Shown here piece by piece: positions 1-7,396 of a stretch of DNA of 23,328 nt. The translations under genes were made by a program, and so were the position numbers. The stretch is from Pseudomonadota bacterium. GTDB taxonomy: Bacteria; Bdellovibrionota_G; JALEGL01; DATDPG01. The notes under the pieces were generated by a model. The model saw only the letters and a program-made list of their open reading frames with translations. It was not told where the DNA came from and searched no databases. The stretch covers positions 1 through 23,328 of the forward strand of contig JAZDIZ010000055.1 of NCBI GenBank assembly GCA_043804515.1, written 5' to 3'. The first letter of the stretch is position 1. Every line of letters begins with the position of its first letter.

Positions 1-297
1 CGGGTCCACGCCGTACCGGCCGATCACGGACAGCGTCAGATTTCCGTTGGCATCCGTCTGCCCGGTGACGACGCGTCCGGAGAGATTGGGCGTGTCGGAG
101 CAGATGTCGATATACGGGCAGGCGGAGAGATCCAGGCTCACGGAAGCGTTGGGGACCGGCTCGGGTGTGGCCTGACCGTCCCGAACGGTGATGGAGAACG
201 ACCCGAGGCCATCCGACCAGCGGAACCGGCCGTCCGGCGCGTAGTACCCGCCCATCACGATGACGCCGTGGGGGATCGTGCTGTTGGCCGGATTGGG
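1..297. repeat. Direct repeat copy 1 of a ~90% identical coding module (copy 2 at 4701-4997); truncated by the window edge
   Basis: Ungapped alignment at offset 4700, about 30 mismatches in 297 nt by hand count. Both copies encode [23 protein letters not shown]...[10 protein letters not shown]. Confidence 0.95.
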
Positions 298-3200
298 TGG
301 CGAACCGCTGGTGCGCGAGCCGATCGCCATCAACGCGTAGCCGGCGATGTAGACGTCGTTCCGGGCCCCTTTGGAGTTTCCTCCGGCCGCGAAGTTCGCC
401 TTGCCCGTGATGGAACGCTCGGCCAGATCCATCAGGAACCCGGTCGTATCCCAACGGGCGAAACCGTTGTTGGCGAAAAGCGCGAAAACCGCCGACGTGC
501 CGGTCCCGTTGACGTCACCAGCCATCGCCGTGAATCCGGGTGCGAACGGGCCGTACACCACGTCGCGATACGTGCCCGCGAACAGGGCCATGTTGGCCGG
601 GTCCGCGAAGAAGGGCATCCCCTCCAGATTCATCTCCATGGCGGTCCGGCTGACGTATTGGCCGTGCGTCGTGTCCTGCCATTCCTGCGTCGTCACATCC
701 AACTGCCGGGCCCATCGGATTGCCGTCGGATGGTCCGGGTTGACTTGGAGCGAGTTCACGAGCTGCGTCACGATCTCGTCGTTGCGGTCCTTGTAAAAGC
801 TGTTCGCGGTGATCTTCCAGAGATAGTAGGCCAGCCTCCAGTTCCAGGATCGCGGCTCGGTATCCGGCTTGTAGAACGCCGCGAACGGTTTGTTCCAGGC
901 GCACAGCTTCGGATCCCAGCCGTCGCAGTCGTGTTTGCCGGCGGCCCGCTGGTACCACTTTGCGAGAAACTGGTTTTCCAGCCAGTCGAGCCAGAAATCG
1001 GCCGAAGCGGCGTAGCTCGGGCTCAAGTCCCGGTTCACGTGCATCGCATACGCGACGAGCGCGAAGGTGCTGGAGGCGGCCGATTCATCCAGCCAGTTCA
1101 GATCGTTTCCGTAGAACTGCGGATTGTTGGGATCGACCAGCCACTGCCAGTCGGTGAATTCGTCCGTGCTTCCGTTGTGCCATTCATCTTTGAGCGTGGA
1201 GCGACAGCGCTCGCTTACGTCCAGGATGCGGTCCAGAAAACGCAGATCCCCCGTTGCGCGCAGGGCCATGACCAGCGCTTCCGCGTAGTTTCCAATGTCG
1301 CGCCCGATGGCGTACAAATCACCGCCGGCGCAGATCTCGTCGATCAGGGTGCGGGATCCCTCCGACGGCGTTCCGCCGACGCCATCGAAGATCCGGTTGT
1401 ACCACTTGAGTTCCTCGGCCGTCAGCGAGCCGGTGCTGAACGAGGGGTCTCCGCGAAGCGGGAGCAGCCCGGACCCACTGCTGGCCAATTTGTTGAGCGG
1501 CTGCGGGTTCGCGGAACCGGAGTCCGTTTCACCGACCGAAACCTCCTGGGAAACGCAGCCCGATAAAAGGATCGCGGCTATGAGAATCCAGGGCCTGTTC
1601 CTGATGCGTTGACGGGACCACCGTTTCAACAGAAAGAACCCCGAGAGGAGGGTCCATAAGAAAGGCCCGGCGTTTCCGCTCGCACCCGTGGAACTGCAGC
1701 CCAGCCCGAAGACTCCGTCGGAGTCCACGCTCACCGATCCTTCCAAGACCCCACTTCCCGACTGAGTCGCGATCTCGATCGCTTCCCAGTCGCTGGCCGA
1801 TACGATCGCGATGGACCCGTCGCTCCCGCGCTCGAGAACGAAATCCAGACTCTCATTGGCGGACTGGATCACGGCGGAGAGCCTCTCCCCCCGAAGCAAC
1901 GGGAACCGGGCCTCACTCGCCTCCACCTGGCTTCCGTTGACCAGGAATGCCGTCGTCATCGGCTCCAACGTCTCGGCGTCAAACGTCTGAAGCACGATGG
2001 AATCCGTCGACAGCCCGTACGTACCCGAACCGAACGACACGATTCTCACTTTCAGACGTTTGTTCACTTGCAGATCGCGGCAAGCCCTCGTGCCGGCTCC
2101 GAGGTCCCCCACGGCCGTGGCGCAGGCCTGGTACCGGCCCGGAGCGTAGGTGTGCGCAACGGCGGTCCCGCAGTTCACCCGGGCGGAGCTGTCCCCGAAG
2201 TCCAACTGACAGCTGAGGATCCTGCTGTCCACGTTGACACTGAACGTGACCAGACCCTGGCTGCCCGCCAAGGCGATCAACGTCACCGTAGGCGCCGGAC
2301 CGAGCCCCGGCGTCACCGTAGGCGTGGGTGTGGGTGTGGGCGTACGAGTCGGAGTGGCCGTCGGTGTGGGCGTCGGTGTCCTGGTGGGTGTCACCGTCGG
2401 CGTGGGGGTCCGTGTGGGCGTAGCCGTGATCGTGGGTGTCGCGGTAGGCGTCGGCGTGGCCGGAGACGAACCGCAGGGAAACGCTCCGGCGTAATCCCCG
2501 CCGATGTTGCATGCGGGAGAGCCTTCCCGCAGATGGAAATCTCCCCCCGCCGGATTCACGAACAACGGATCGGCTTCGATGGAATTGGAGTCGTCTCCGG
2601 TCTCGGCCTTCCAAGCGGGTAGCAATCGTCCGAACAGTTGAACGGCCGATGTCCCGAAAAAGACGTTGTTGTTTCCCGTATAGCCGGTGGGGTCTCCGCC
2701 GATCATCTTGGAAGAGCTCTTGTGCGCGACGATGTTGTTTGAGAACATGCCGCCGCTCGGCACCCAGAACTGCAACGCCGCCTCGGCGGGGTCTTCGGAA
2801 TAGAACGTATTGTGTTTGAGCACCGTATCCGGCCCGCAGAACGTATTGTGATACGTGTACGCGGACTGTCCGTTGCCGGCCCAGAACACGTTGTTCTCAT
2901 AAACGTTACCGATCCCGGACCATCCCCCGTCGCCGTCCGCGCCGGAGTTCACACCTCGGAAGATGTTCCCGCGAAAGATGTTGTGAGCCGGGTACGGCTG
3001 ACCCGCTCCCGGTCCGATGAACAGAGCGCCCCGGGAGCTGTCTCCGGCCTCGAAGTAGTTGTTTTCCCAAAGATTGCTGTCCGTGCCGTCCCTGATGAAC
3101 ACCGCCGCCAGGCCAGCCTTGGCGATGAACCTGTTGTTTCTGAACGTGCTGTAGGCCATGCCCTCGCGGATGTAGGCCGTCTCGTTGCCGTCGGATAGCG

Positions 3201-4233
3201 GCCAGTTGGTTTGAATGAAGTTGTCCTCGATCAGACCCTCAACCCTGAAATCGTTGCAATTGGGATCACCCAGTACTCGTGGGCCGCCGATGAGTTCCAT
3301 GGCAATGGCGCTGGCCGTTCCATCCCTGATGATACGGTTGTGGAGGATCTTCAACCGCTGGGGCACGATCTGCGCCGTACAAGTCCCCCCGCCGAAGACA
3401 CCCAAACCCTTCAGGGAATTGTTGCGGACTACGATATCGGTCGCCGGGCAGAAAAAGCCGATTGAGTCGAAGGCGGAGTTTTCGAAGACAATTTGGCTCG
3501 TCTGCGGACCCGAGGAATAGCAGCTGTACTCCCGGGCGCCGTCGGGCGATTCGATGTTCGTGACGGTAACGGAGTTGCTGTACCTCGTTTCAACGGCACA
3601 CTGTCCCGAACCGCAGTCGCCTCCGCCGATCAAGGTGATCATGTGCCTCCGCCCGAGCGCGGCGTCCCATCCGTCCACCACGACGTCCGAGGTGTTCTTG
3701 ACAAGGATGCAGTGGTCGACGACGGACAGATCCCTGTCCAGAATGTAATATCCGGGTCCGGTGATGTCCCGGCATGCCGAGAGGATCGTCCGCGCCATCG
3801 AACTCACGGTGAACGGCTTGGTGCCGCTGGCCGGGTCTCGTACGGAAACGGACCCCGGAAACAGCGCCGTCGCGTAGTAATTGTGGACGCCCTCGGCCGG
3901 ATACGACGTCGTGTAAACGCACGGTGACGACGGGCAGGTTTTGACATCCGTTCCGTCCACGTTGATCACGACGCTTGTGGGATTCGCGACTTCCGACGCC
4001 GCGGCCGTGATCGTGATCGTTTCCGCCGGTTTCGGGATAAAACGGGAATGAAAAACATAAACGCTGGGAATCGGTCCGACGCTTGCCGTAGCGGCAGTCA
4101 CCGACTGCAAACCCGTATCGTGTTTGATGCCCCCCTCCGGGCCGCCCGCGGGGGCAGGAGCGTTCGCGCACCCTCCCACCCACAGCAGACCTGCGATTAC
4201 GGCCAAACCCAAATAGGTCCCGTTTTGTTTCAT
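1..4233 (-). CDS. Large secreted (lipo)protein, >1411 aa, 3' end outside the window. Apparent two-unit polyprotein: lipoprotein signal, Ig-like domain, parallel beta-helix, PT linker, PKD domain, internal MYXO-CTERM-like anchor, second lipoprotein signal, helical domain, shared Ig-like module
   Basis: ATG at 4233 with SD GGAGG, overlapping the upstream TGA (ATGA). I translated 1501-2820 and both ends by hand with no stop, and the ORF track has no terminated ORF in this frame, so it is open to base 1. N-terminus [22 protein letters not shown] (lipobox). Beta-helix-type motifs FRNNRF, WENNYF, FRGNIF, YENNVF, then [16 protein letters not shown] repeat ~2310-2460. PKD-like LDFGDS...HTYAPGRY. Junction [51 protein letters not shown]. 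Confidence 0.88.
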   Translation of the reverse strand, partial: MKQNGTYLGLAVIAGLLWVGGCANAPAPAGGPEGGIKHDTGLQSVTAATASVGPIPSVYVFHSRFIPKPAETITITAAASEVANPTSVVINVDGTDVKTCPSSPCVYTTSYPAEGVHNYYATALFPGSVSVRDPASGTKPFTVSSMARTILSACRDITGPGYYILDRDLSVVDHCILVKNTSDVVVDGWDAALGRRHMITLIGGGDCGSGQCAVETRYSNSVTVTNIESPDGAREYSCYSSGPQTSQIVFENSAFDSIGFFCPATDIVVRNNSLKGLGVFGGGTCTAQIVPQRLKILHNRIIRDGTASAIAMELIGGPRVLGDPNCNDFRVEGLIEDNFIQTNWPLSDGNETAYIREGMAYSTFRNNRFIAKAGLAAVFIRDGTDSNLWENNYFEAGDSSRGALFIGPGAGQPYPAHNIFRGNIFRGVNSGADGDGGWSGIGNVYENNVFWAGNGQSAYTYHNTFCGPDTVLKHNTFYSEDPAEAALQFWVPSGGMFSNNIVAHKSSSKMIGGDPTGYTGNNNVFFGTSAVQLFGRLLPAWKAETGDDSNSIEADPLFVNPAGGDFHLREGSPACNIGGDYAGAFPCGSSPATPTPTATPTITATPTRTPTPTVTPTRTPTPTPTATPTRTPTPTPTPTVTPGLGPAPTVTLIALAGSQGLVTFSVNVDSRILSCQLDFGDSSARVNCGTAVAHTYAPGRYQACATAVGDLGAGTRACRDLQVNKRLKVRIVSFGSGTYGLSTDSIVLQTFDAETLEPMTTAFLVNGSQVEASEARFPLLRGERLSAVIQSANESLDFVLERGSDGSIAIVSASDWEAIEIATQSGSGVLEGSVSVDSDGVFGLGCSSTGASGNAGPFLWTLLSGFFLLKRWSRQRIRNRPWILIAAILLSGCVSQEVSVGETDSGSANPQPLNKLASSGSGLLPLRGDPSFSTGSLTAEELKWYNRIFDGVGGTPSEGSRTLIDEICAGGDLYAIGRDIGNYAEALVMALRATGDLRFLDRILDVSERCRSTLKDEWHNGSTDEFTDWQWLVDPNNPQFYGNDLNWLDESAASSTFALVAYAMHVNRDLSPSYAASADFWLDWLENQFLAKWYQRAAGKHDCDGWDPKLCAWNKPFAAFYKPDTEPRSWNWRLAYYLWKITANSFYKDRNDEIVTQLVNSLQVNPDHPTAIRWARQLDVTTQEWQDTTHGQYVSRTAMEMNLEGMPFFADPANMALFAGTYRDVVYGPFAPGFTAMAGDVNGTGTSAVFALFANNGFARWDTTGFLMDLAERSITGKANFAAGGNSKGARNDVYIAGYALMAIGSRTSGSPPNPANSTIPHGVIVMGGYYAPDGRFRWSDGLGSFSITVRDGQATPEPVPNASVSLDLSACPYIDICSDTPNLSGRVVTGQTDANGNLTLSVIGRYGVDP
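1621..1679. repeat. Copy of the DNA block encoding the C-terminal sorting-signal TM helix (other copy 4266-4324)
   Basis: ccgtttcaacagaaagaaccccgagaggagggtccataagaaaggcccggcgtttccgc vs ccgtctcaacagaaggaaccccgagaggaggctccataagagaggcccggcgtttccgc: 4 mismatches in 59 nt. Confidence 0.92.
2308..2460 (-). repeat. Low-complexity Pro/Thr linker ([19 protein letters not shown]...)
   Basis: Hand translation of the minus frame; degenerate gtggg/gtcgg hexamer repeats on the plus strand. Confidence 0.9.
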
Positions 4234-4250
4234 GGTTTCCTCCGTACTTC
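4228..4250 (-). promoter_or_regulatory. Translation-initiation region GAAGTACGGAGGAAACCATGAAA, identical to 7185-7207
   Basis: 23-nt exact repeat containing SD GGAGG, a 5-nt spacer and ATG. Here it also encodes the last codons and stop of the upstream gene. Confidence 0.9.
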
Positions 4251-7190
4251 TCTCCTCGGAGACCGCCGTCTCAACAGAAGGAACCCCGAGAGGAGGCTCC
4301 ATAAGAGAGGCCCGGCGTTTCCGCCGTTCACGGCCCCGCAGCCGAGCGGGGAGCCGCCCGATACGTCGACGGAGCCGGTGTCGGGCTGCCCGACGATCCC
4401 GACCTGGGAAGGATCCGCACCCGGAAAGTACGTGCCCGTCTTGCTGCACGAATAGACGGATCCGCCGTCGAAGAAATACTCAAGCCACAGCGATTGGTCG
4501 TTCGGCCCGAGCGCGCCGTTGCCGTCGATATCGGATCGGATCCTGTACCCGCCGTTGCCTGAGAGGTCCGCGACGATCAGCGACAAATCCGCCGGCCCGG
4601 CGCCGCCGCTCCGATCCGGATCCACGGCCGTCACGATCTGATCCGGGAACGCAACGCCGTTCACCGTGAGTTTCGCGCACGCGCCCGGCGGAATCGTGAG
4701 CGGGTCCACGCCGTACCGGCCGATCACGGAGAGCGTCGCGTTTCCGTCGGAATCCGTTCGTCCGGTGACAAGGCGTCCGGAGAGATCGGGCGTGTCGGAG
4801 CAGATCTGGATATACGGGCAGGCGGACAGATCCAGGCTCACCAAGGCGTTGGGGACCGGCTGGGGTGTGGCCTGACCGTCCCGAATGGTGATGGAGAACG
4901 ATCCGAGGCCATCCGCCCAACGGAATTGACCGTCCGGCGCATAGTACCCGCCCATCACGATCACGCCGTGGGGGATCGTGCTGTTGGCGGGATTTGGGGT
5001 GGGCCGTACCGGATCGGCGAATCCGGGAAACGTTCGGGCCGAAACTTCGGCCGAAAGAGGGGATTCATTCCCTGACCGATCCAGTGCGGAAACCTCGTAA
5101 CGATAGAGCGTGTCGGCCGCGAGACCGTAGTCCGCCGTGACCCTTGCAGGAAGCTTCTTTAGGAACTCGAACAGGCCGGAGGATGCGGAATACCGGTATA
5201 CGTTGTATGCGGCGACCGCGTCGTTGTCGGAAGCGGCGTTCCAGTTCAGGCGGATCCGGCTCCAGCTTTGGGCGGCGGCGACCAGGCCCGTCGGCGCCGA
5301 AGGAGCCTGGGAATCGTTGACGAACTCATGGGATCCCAAATCCGCCGTCGCCCCGAAAGGTCGAACGACGCCGTCGGCGTCGAACGGAACCAAGGGGTTG
5401 GCGGTGGCCTGGTCGATGGCGCCGGTCGCTCCGCCAAGCAGGTGGTAGTCGTAGGCCGAGCGATTCCTGAACCAACCGCTCATGGAGGGCGAATACACGA
5501 GATCATTGGAGGAGGTCATGGGACACGACCCCGCCATGCCCGCCCCGCCGTTGGCGTCCAGAAGGTTGTTCACGTACGTCACGGTCTGTCCACAGGAACC
5601 GAACGATACCGGCACGCCGGGTGCCACGATCGAGTTGTTCCGTATCAGGTGGAGCCCGCCGTCCTGCCAGTGGCCGATCCCGAGATCGGTCGACACGATC
5701 GTGTTGGAATCGATCACGAACCGGCGAAGCTGACAGTCCCCCGTCGTTCCGTTTCCGTAGATATCGACGTCGACCGAGCAGGTCGCACTGGCGTATATGA
5801 TCTGTATTCCCCGGCCGCTTCCTCCATAGGCCCGGATGTCGTTCTTGTAGAGGAAGTTATCGGCTCCCCCGGACCTGAAGTTGATCCCGATCTGGGCGCT
5901 GTTCGGATACTGGCTCCTAACCTGCTGGAAAACCGTATTCCAGAGGAACTCGCTTCGCTGAACCCCGTACGTATTCACCGCGAACTGCACAATGGTTCCG
6001 GGCTCGGAGATTTCGTTATGGATGTAATTTCCCGCAAGCCGGCTCCGGATAACGCCCGCCAATTTCAACATCGCTTTTCCGGGGGGCTCGATTGGTAACC
6101 CCTTGGGGTCGAACATGGGCACGGCGGCCGTCACGTGAAACGTATTGTCGAGGATGGCCATCCTCTGAACGTCCGCGATCCCGGCGAGTCCCTTGATCGT
6201 GTTGTTCAGAACGACGCCTCCGTAGAGGTGCCACAGGCCGAAGACGCCGCCGACACTGTCCGGCGCGGCCGGGTCGGGATTGGAAAAATAAAGGTATGGG
6301 GTTTCGATGACGTTGTCGGAAATGACGTGGCCGCCGACGCCGTAGTTGTAGGAGTAATGGTGAAGGTCGATGAACCCGGTCTCAAAACGGTTCCCTTCAA
6401 TGGAGAAATTGCACGCGGCGCACCCGTCGTTGAACATCCCGATGCCGCCCCTCACAAAACGGTTGCCCGCAATCCGGATGTTCTGGGGAAGGCCGTCACA
6501 GGTGGTCGGGAATGCGTGATTGTTGTGCACGACAACGCCGGTATCGGCGTCGATCACGAAGTTCTTGATGACCACGTTCTTCGCACCGTCCAAGAGCTCG
6601 AAGGCCGTTCCGGCCGTGAGGGTCTTTCCGTCCCCGTCCAGGACGATGTCGGATCCTGAGATGGAGAAGCAGGTCCCCGGCGTGCTGGCGCCCGCGAACT
6701 TGTACGACCGGCCCGACTGGAGCGGACCGCAGCCGACGGACTGATACGAAGCCTCGGCGCGGCAGACGCGATCGCCTCCGCAAATCTGTCCGCTCGAGCA
6801 ACCTCCGAAATCGACGTACCCGCCGCAGTCTTCGGCGTACACGCCGCAGGCGTTCGCCGGAAAGCTGGATCGGGGCGTGCACCCGCAGACGCCGGGAGTC
6901 CCGCCGCCACCGCACGTCATGAATCCGGGACAGGAATCCATGGCCGGACCGAACCTGCATTCCAGATGGTTGGAGCCGTACTCTCCGGCGGATTGAACCA
7001 CCGACATCACGCCCGAGGCCGCCGCCGGATGCTCCGATGACGCTGCTTCGGTCGTTGAGTTCTGACTGCACCCGAATGAAATCAGTCCCAGGACGAGAGA
7101 GAGACGCACGAATGTTTGAGGACTTCGGGGCTTGTAATCGGCGCTCGCAACTCGCATGCCAGGATCATTGACAGTTATTTCAATTTTCAT
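4230..7190 (-). CDS. Secreted lipoprotein (~986 aa): Cys-rich repeat, right-handed beta-helix (pectin-lyase/NosD-like), Fn3, Ig-like + dockerin-like module, MYXO-CTERM-like C-terminal anchor
   Basis: Start reassigned from 7292 to ATG 7190 because it has an SD GGAGG and lies downstream of the sigma54 promoter. Lipobox-like LISFGC. Cys-rich CGGGGTPGVCGCTP. Beta-helix motifs IAGNRF, IEGNRF, ISDNVI, then DYHL...FDADGVVRPFGATADLGSHEF. Fn3 DSQAPSAPTGLVA...LNWNAASDN...YRYEVSALD. Paired DxD/NxxG loops. Tail LGCGAVNGGNAGPLLWSLLSGFLLLRRR. Confidence 0.9.
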   Translation of the reverse strand: MKIEITVNDPGMRVASADYKPRSPQTFVRLSLVLGLISFGCSQNSTTEAASSEHPAAASGVMSVVQSAGEYGSNHLECRFGPAMDSCPGFMTCGGGGTPGVCGCTPRSSFPANACGVYAEDCGGYVDFGGCSSGQICGGDRVCRAEASYQSVGCGPLQSGRSYKFAGASTPGTCFSISGSDIVLDGDGKTLTAGTAFELLDGAKNVVIKNFVIDADTGVVVHNNHAFPTTCDGLPQNIRIAGNRFVRGGIGMFNDGCAACNFSIEGNRFETGFIDLHHYSYNYGVGGHVISDNVIETPYLYFSNPDPAAPDSVGGVFGLWHLYGGVVLNNTIKGLAGIADVQRMAILDNTFHVTAAVPMFDPKGLPIEPPGKAMLKLAGVIRSRLAGNYIHNEISEPGTIVQFAVNTYGVQRSEFLWNTVFQQVRSQYPNSAQIGINFRSGGADNFLYKNDIRAYGGSGRGIQIIYASATCSVDVDIYGNGTTGDCQLRRFVIDSNTIVSTDLGIGHWQDGGLHLIRNNSIVAPGVPVSFGSCGQTVTYVNNLLDANGGAGMAGSCPMTSSNDLVYSPSMSGWFRNRSAYDYHLLGGATGAIDQATANPLVPFDADGVVRPFGATADLGSHEFVNDSQAPSAPTGLVAAAQSWSRIRLNWNAASDNDAVAAYNVYRYSASSGLFEFLKKLPARVTADYGLAADTLYRYEVSALDRSGNESPLSAEVSARTFPGFADPVRPTPNPANSTIPHGVIVMGGYYAPDGQFRWADGLGSFSITIRDGQATPQPVPNALVSLDLSACPYIQICSDTPDLSGRLVTGRTDSDGNATLSVIGRYGVDPLTIPPGACAKLTVNGVAFPDQIVTAVDPDRSGGAGPADLSLIVADLSGNGGYRIRSDIDGNGALGPNDQSLWLEYFFDGGSVYSCSKTGTYFPGADPSQVGIVGQPDTGSVDVSGGSPLGCGAVNGGNAGPLLWSLLSGFLLLRRRSPRREVRRKP
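4701..4997. repeat. Direct repeat copy 2 of the shared coding module (copy 1 at 1-297)
   Basis: About 90% identical to 1-297, ungapped. Confidence 0.95.
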
Positions 7191-7235
7191 GGTTTCCTCC
7201 GTACTTCCCGCCAGGGGAGTCTCAGGCCTATCTAA

Positions 7236-7252
7236 GGCATGATCCGGGCCAA
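7236..7252 (-). promoter_or_regulatory. Sigma54 (-24/-12) promoter TTGGCCCGGATCATGCC for the surface-protein array
   Basis: GG-N10-GC spacing (GG at 7250-7249, GC at 7238-7237), matching consensus TGGCACG-N4-TTGC. Lies about 47 nt upstream of ATG 7190 and just downstream of a sigma54 activator gene. Confidence 0.75.
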
Positions 7253-7337
7253 ACGGGGTCCGGCGCAAAAAACCGAACAATTTCAAGGGCAATGCGTGGA
7301 GGTCTCAGGCCGAGTGGAAACGGAAGTTCTGCGGGAT

Positions 7338-7352
7338 GGCTAATAATTAGCC
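7338..7352. promoter_or_regulatory. Palindrome GGCTAAT-A-ATTAGCC, candidate upstream activator (enhancer) site
   Basis: Perfect 7-bp arms, AT-rich in a GC-rich context, about 113-127 nt upstream of the predicted sigma54 start site. Confidence 0.5.
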
Positions 7353-7396
7353 GCGTCGAAGAACGTTTGTTTCCGGGTCTCTTCGCCCTTGGCCCG

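Noticed and set aside
268..1566. 432-aa plus-strand ORF, and other plus ORFs across 371-6744
   Set aside because: Antisense shadows of the minus-strand surface-protein genes; Arg/Gly/Val-rich with no motifs, as expected in high-GC DNA.
2281..2460. Possible CRISPR or VNTR array
   Set aside because: Degenerate codon-level repeats of a PT linker with no repeat-spacer structure; no CRISPR array, tRNA or rRNA was seen in the window.
1979..2614. Minus ORF with a His/Asp-rich repeat ([11 protein letters not shown]...), suggestive of a metal-binding protein
   Set aside because: An off-frame reading of the Pro/Thr linker; the true frame is continuous and encodes a PKD domain.
7191..7292. N-terminal extension of the 1020-aa ORF from TTG 7292
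   Set aside because: Spans the sigma54 promoter; ATG 7190 has a strong SD that is duplicated at the next gene.
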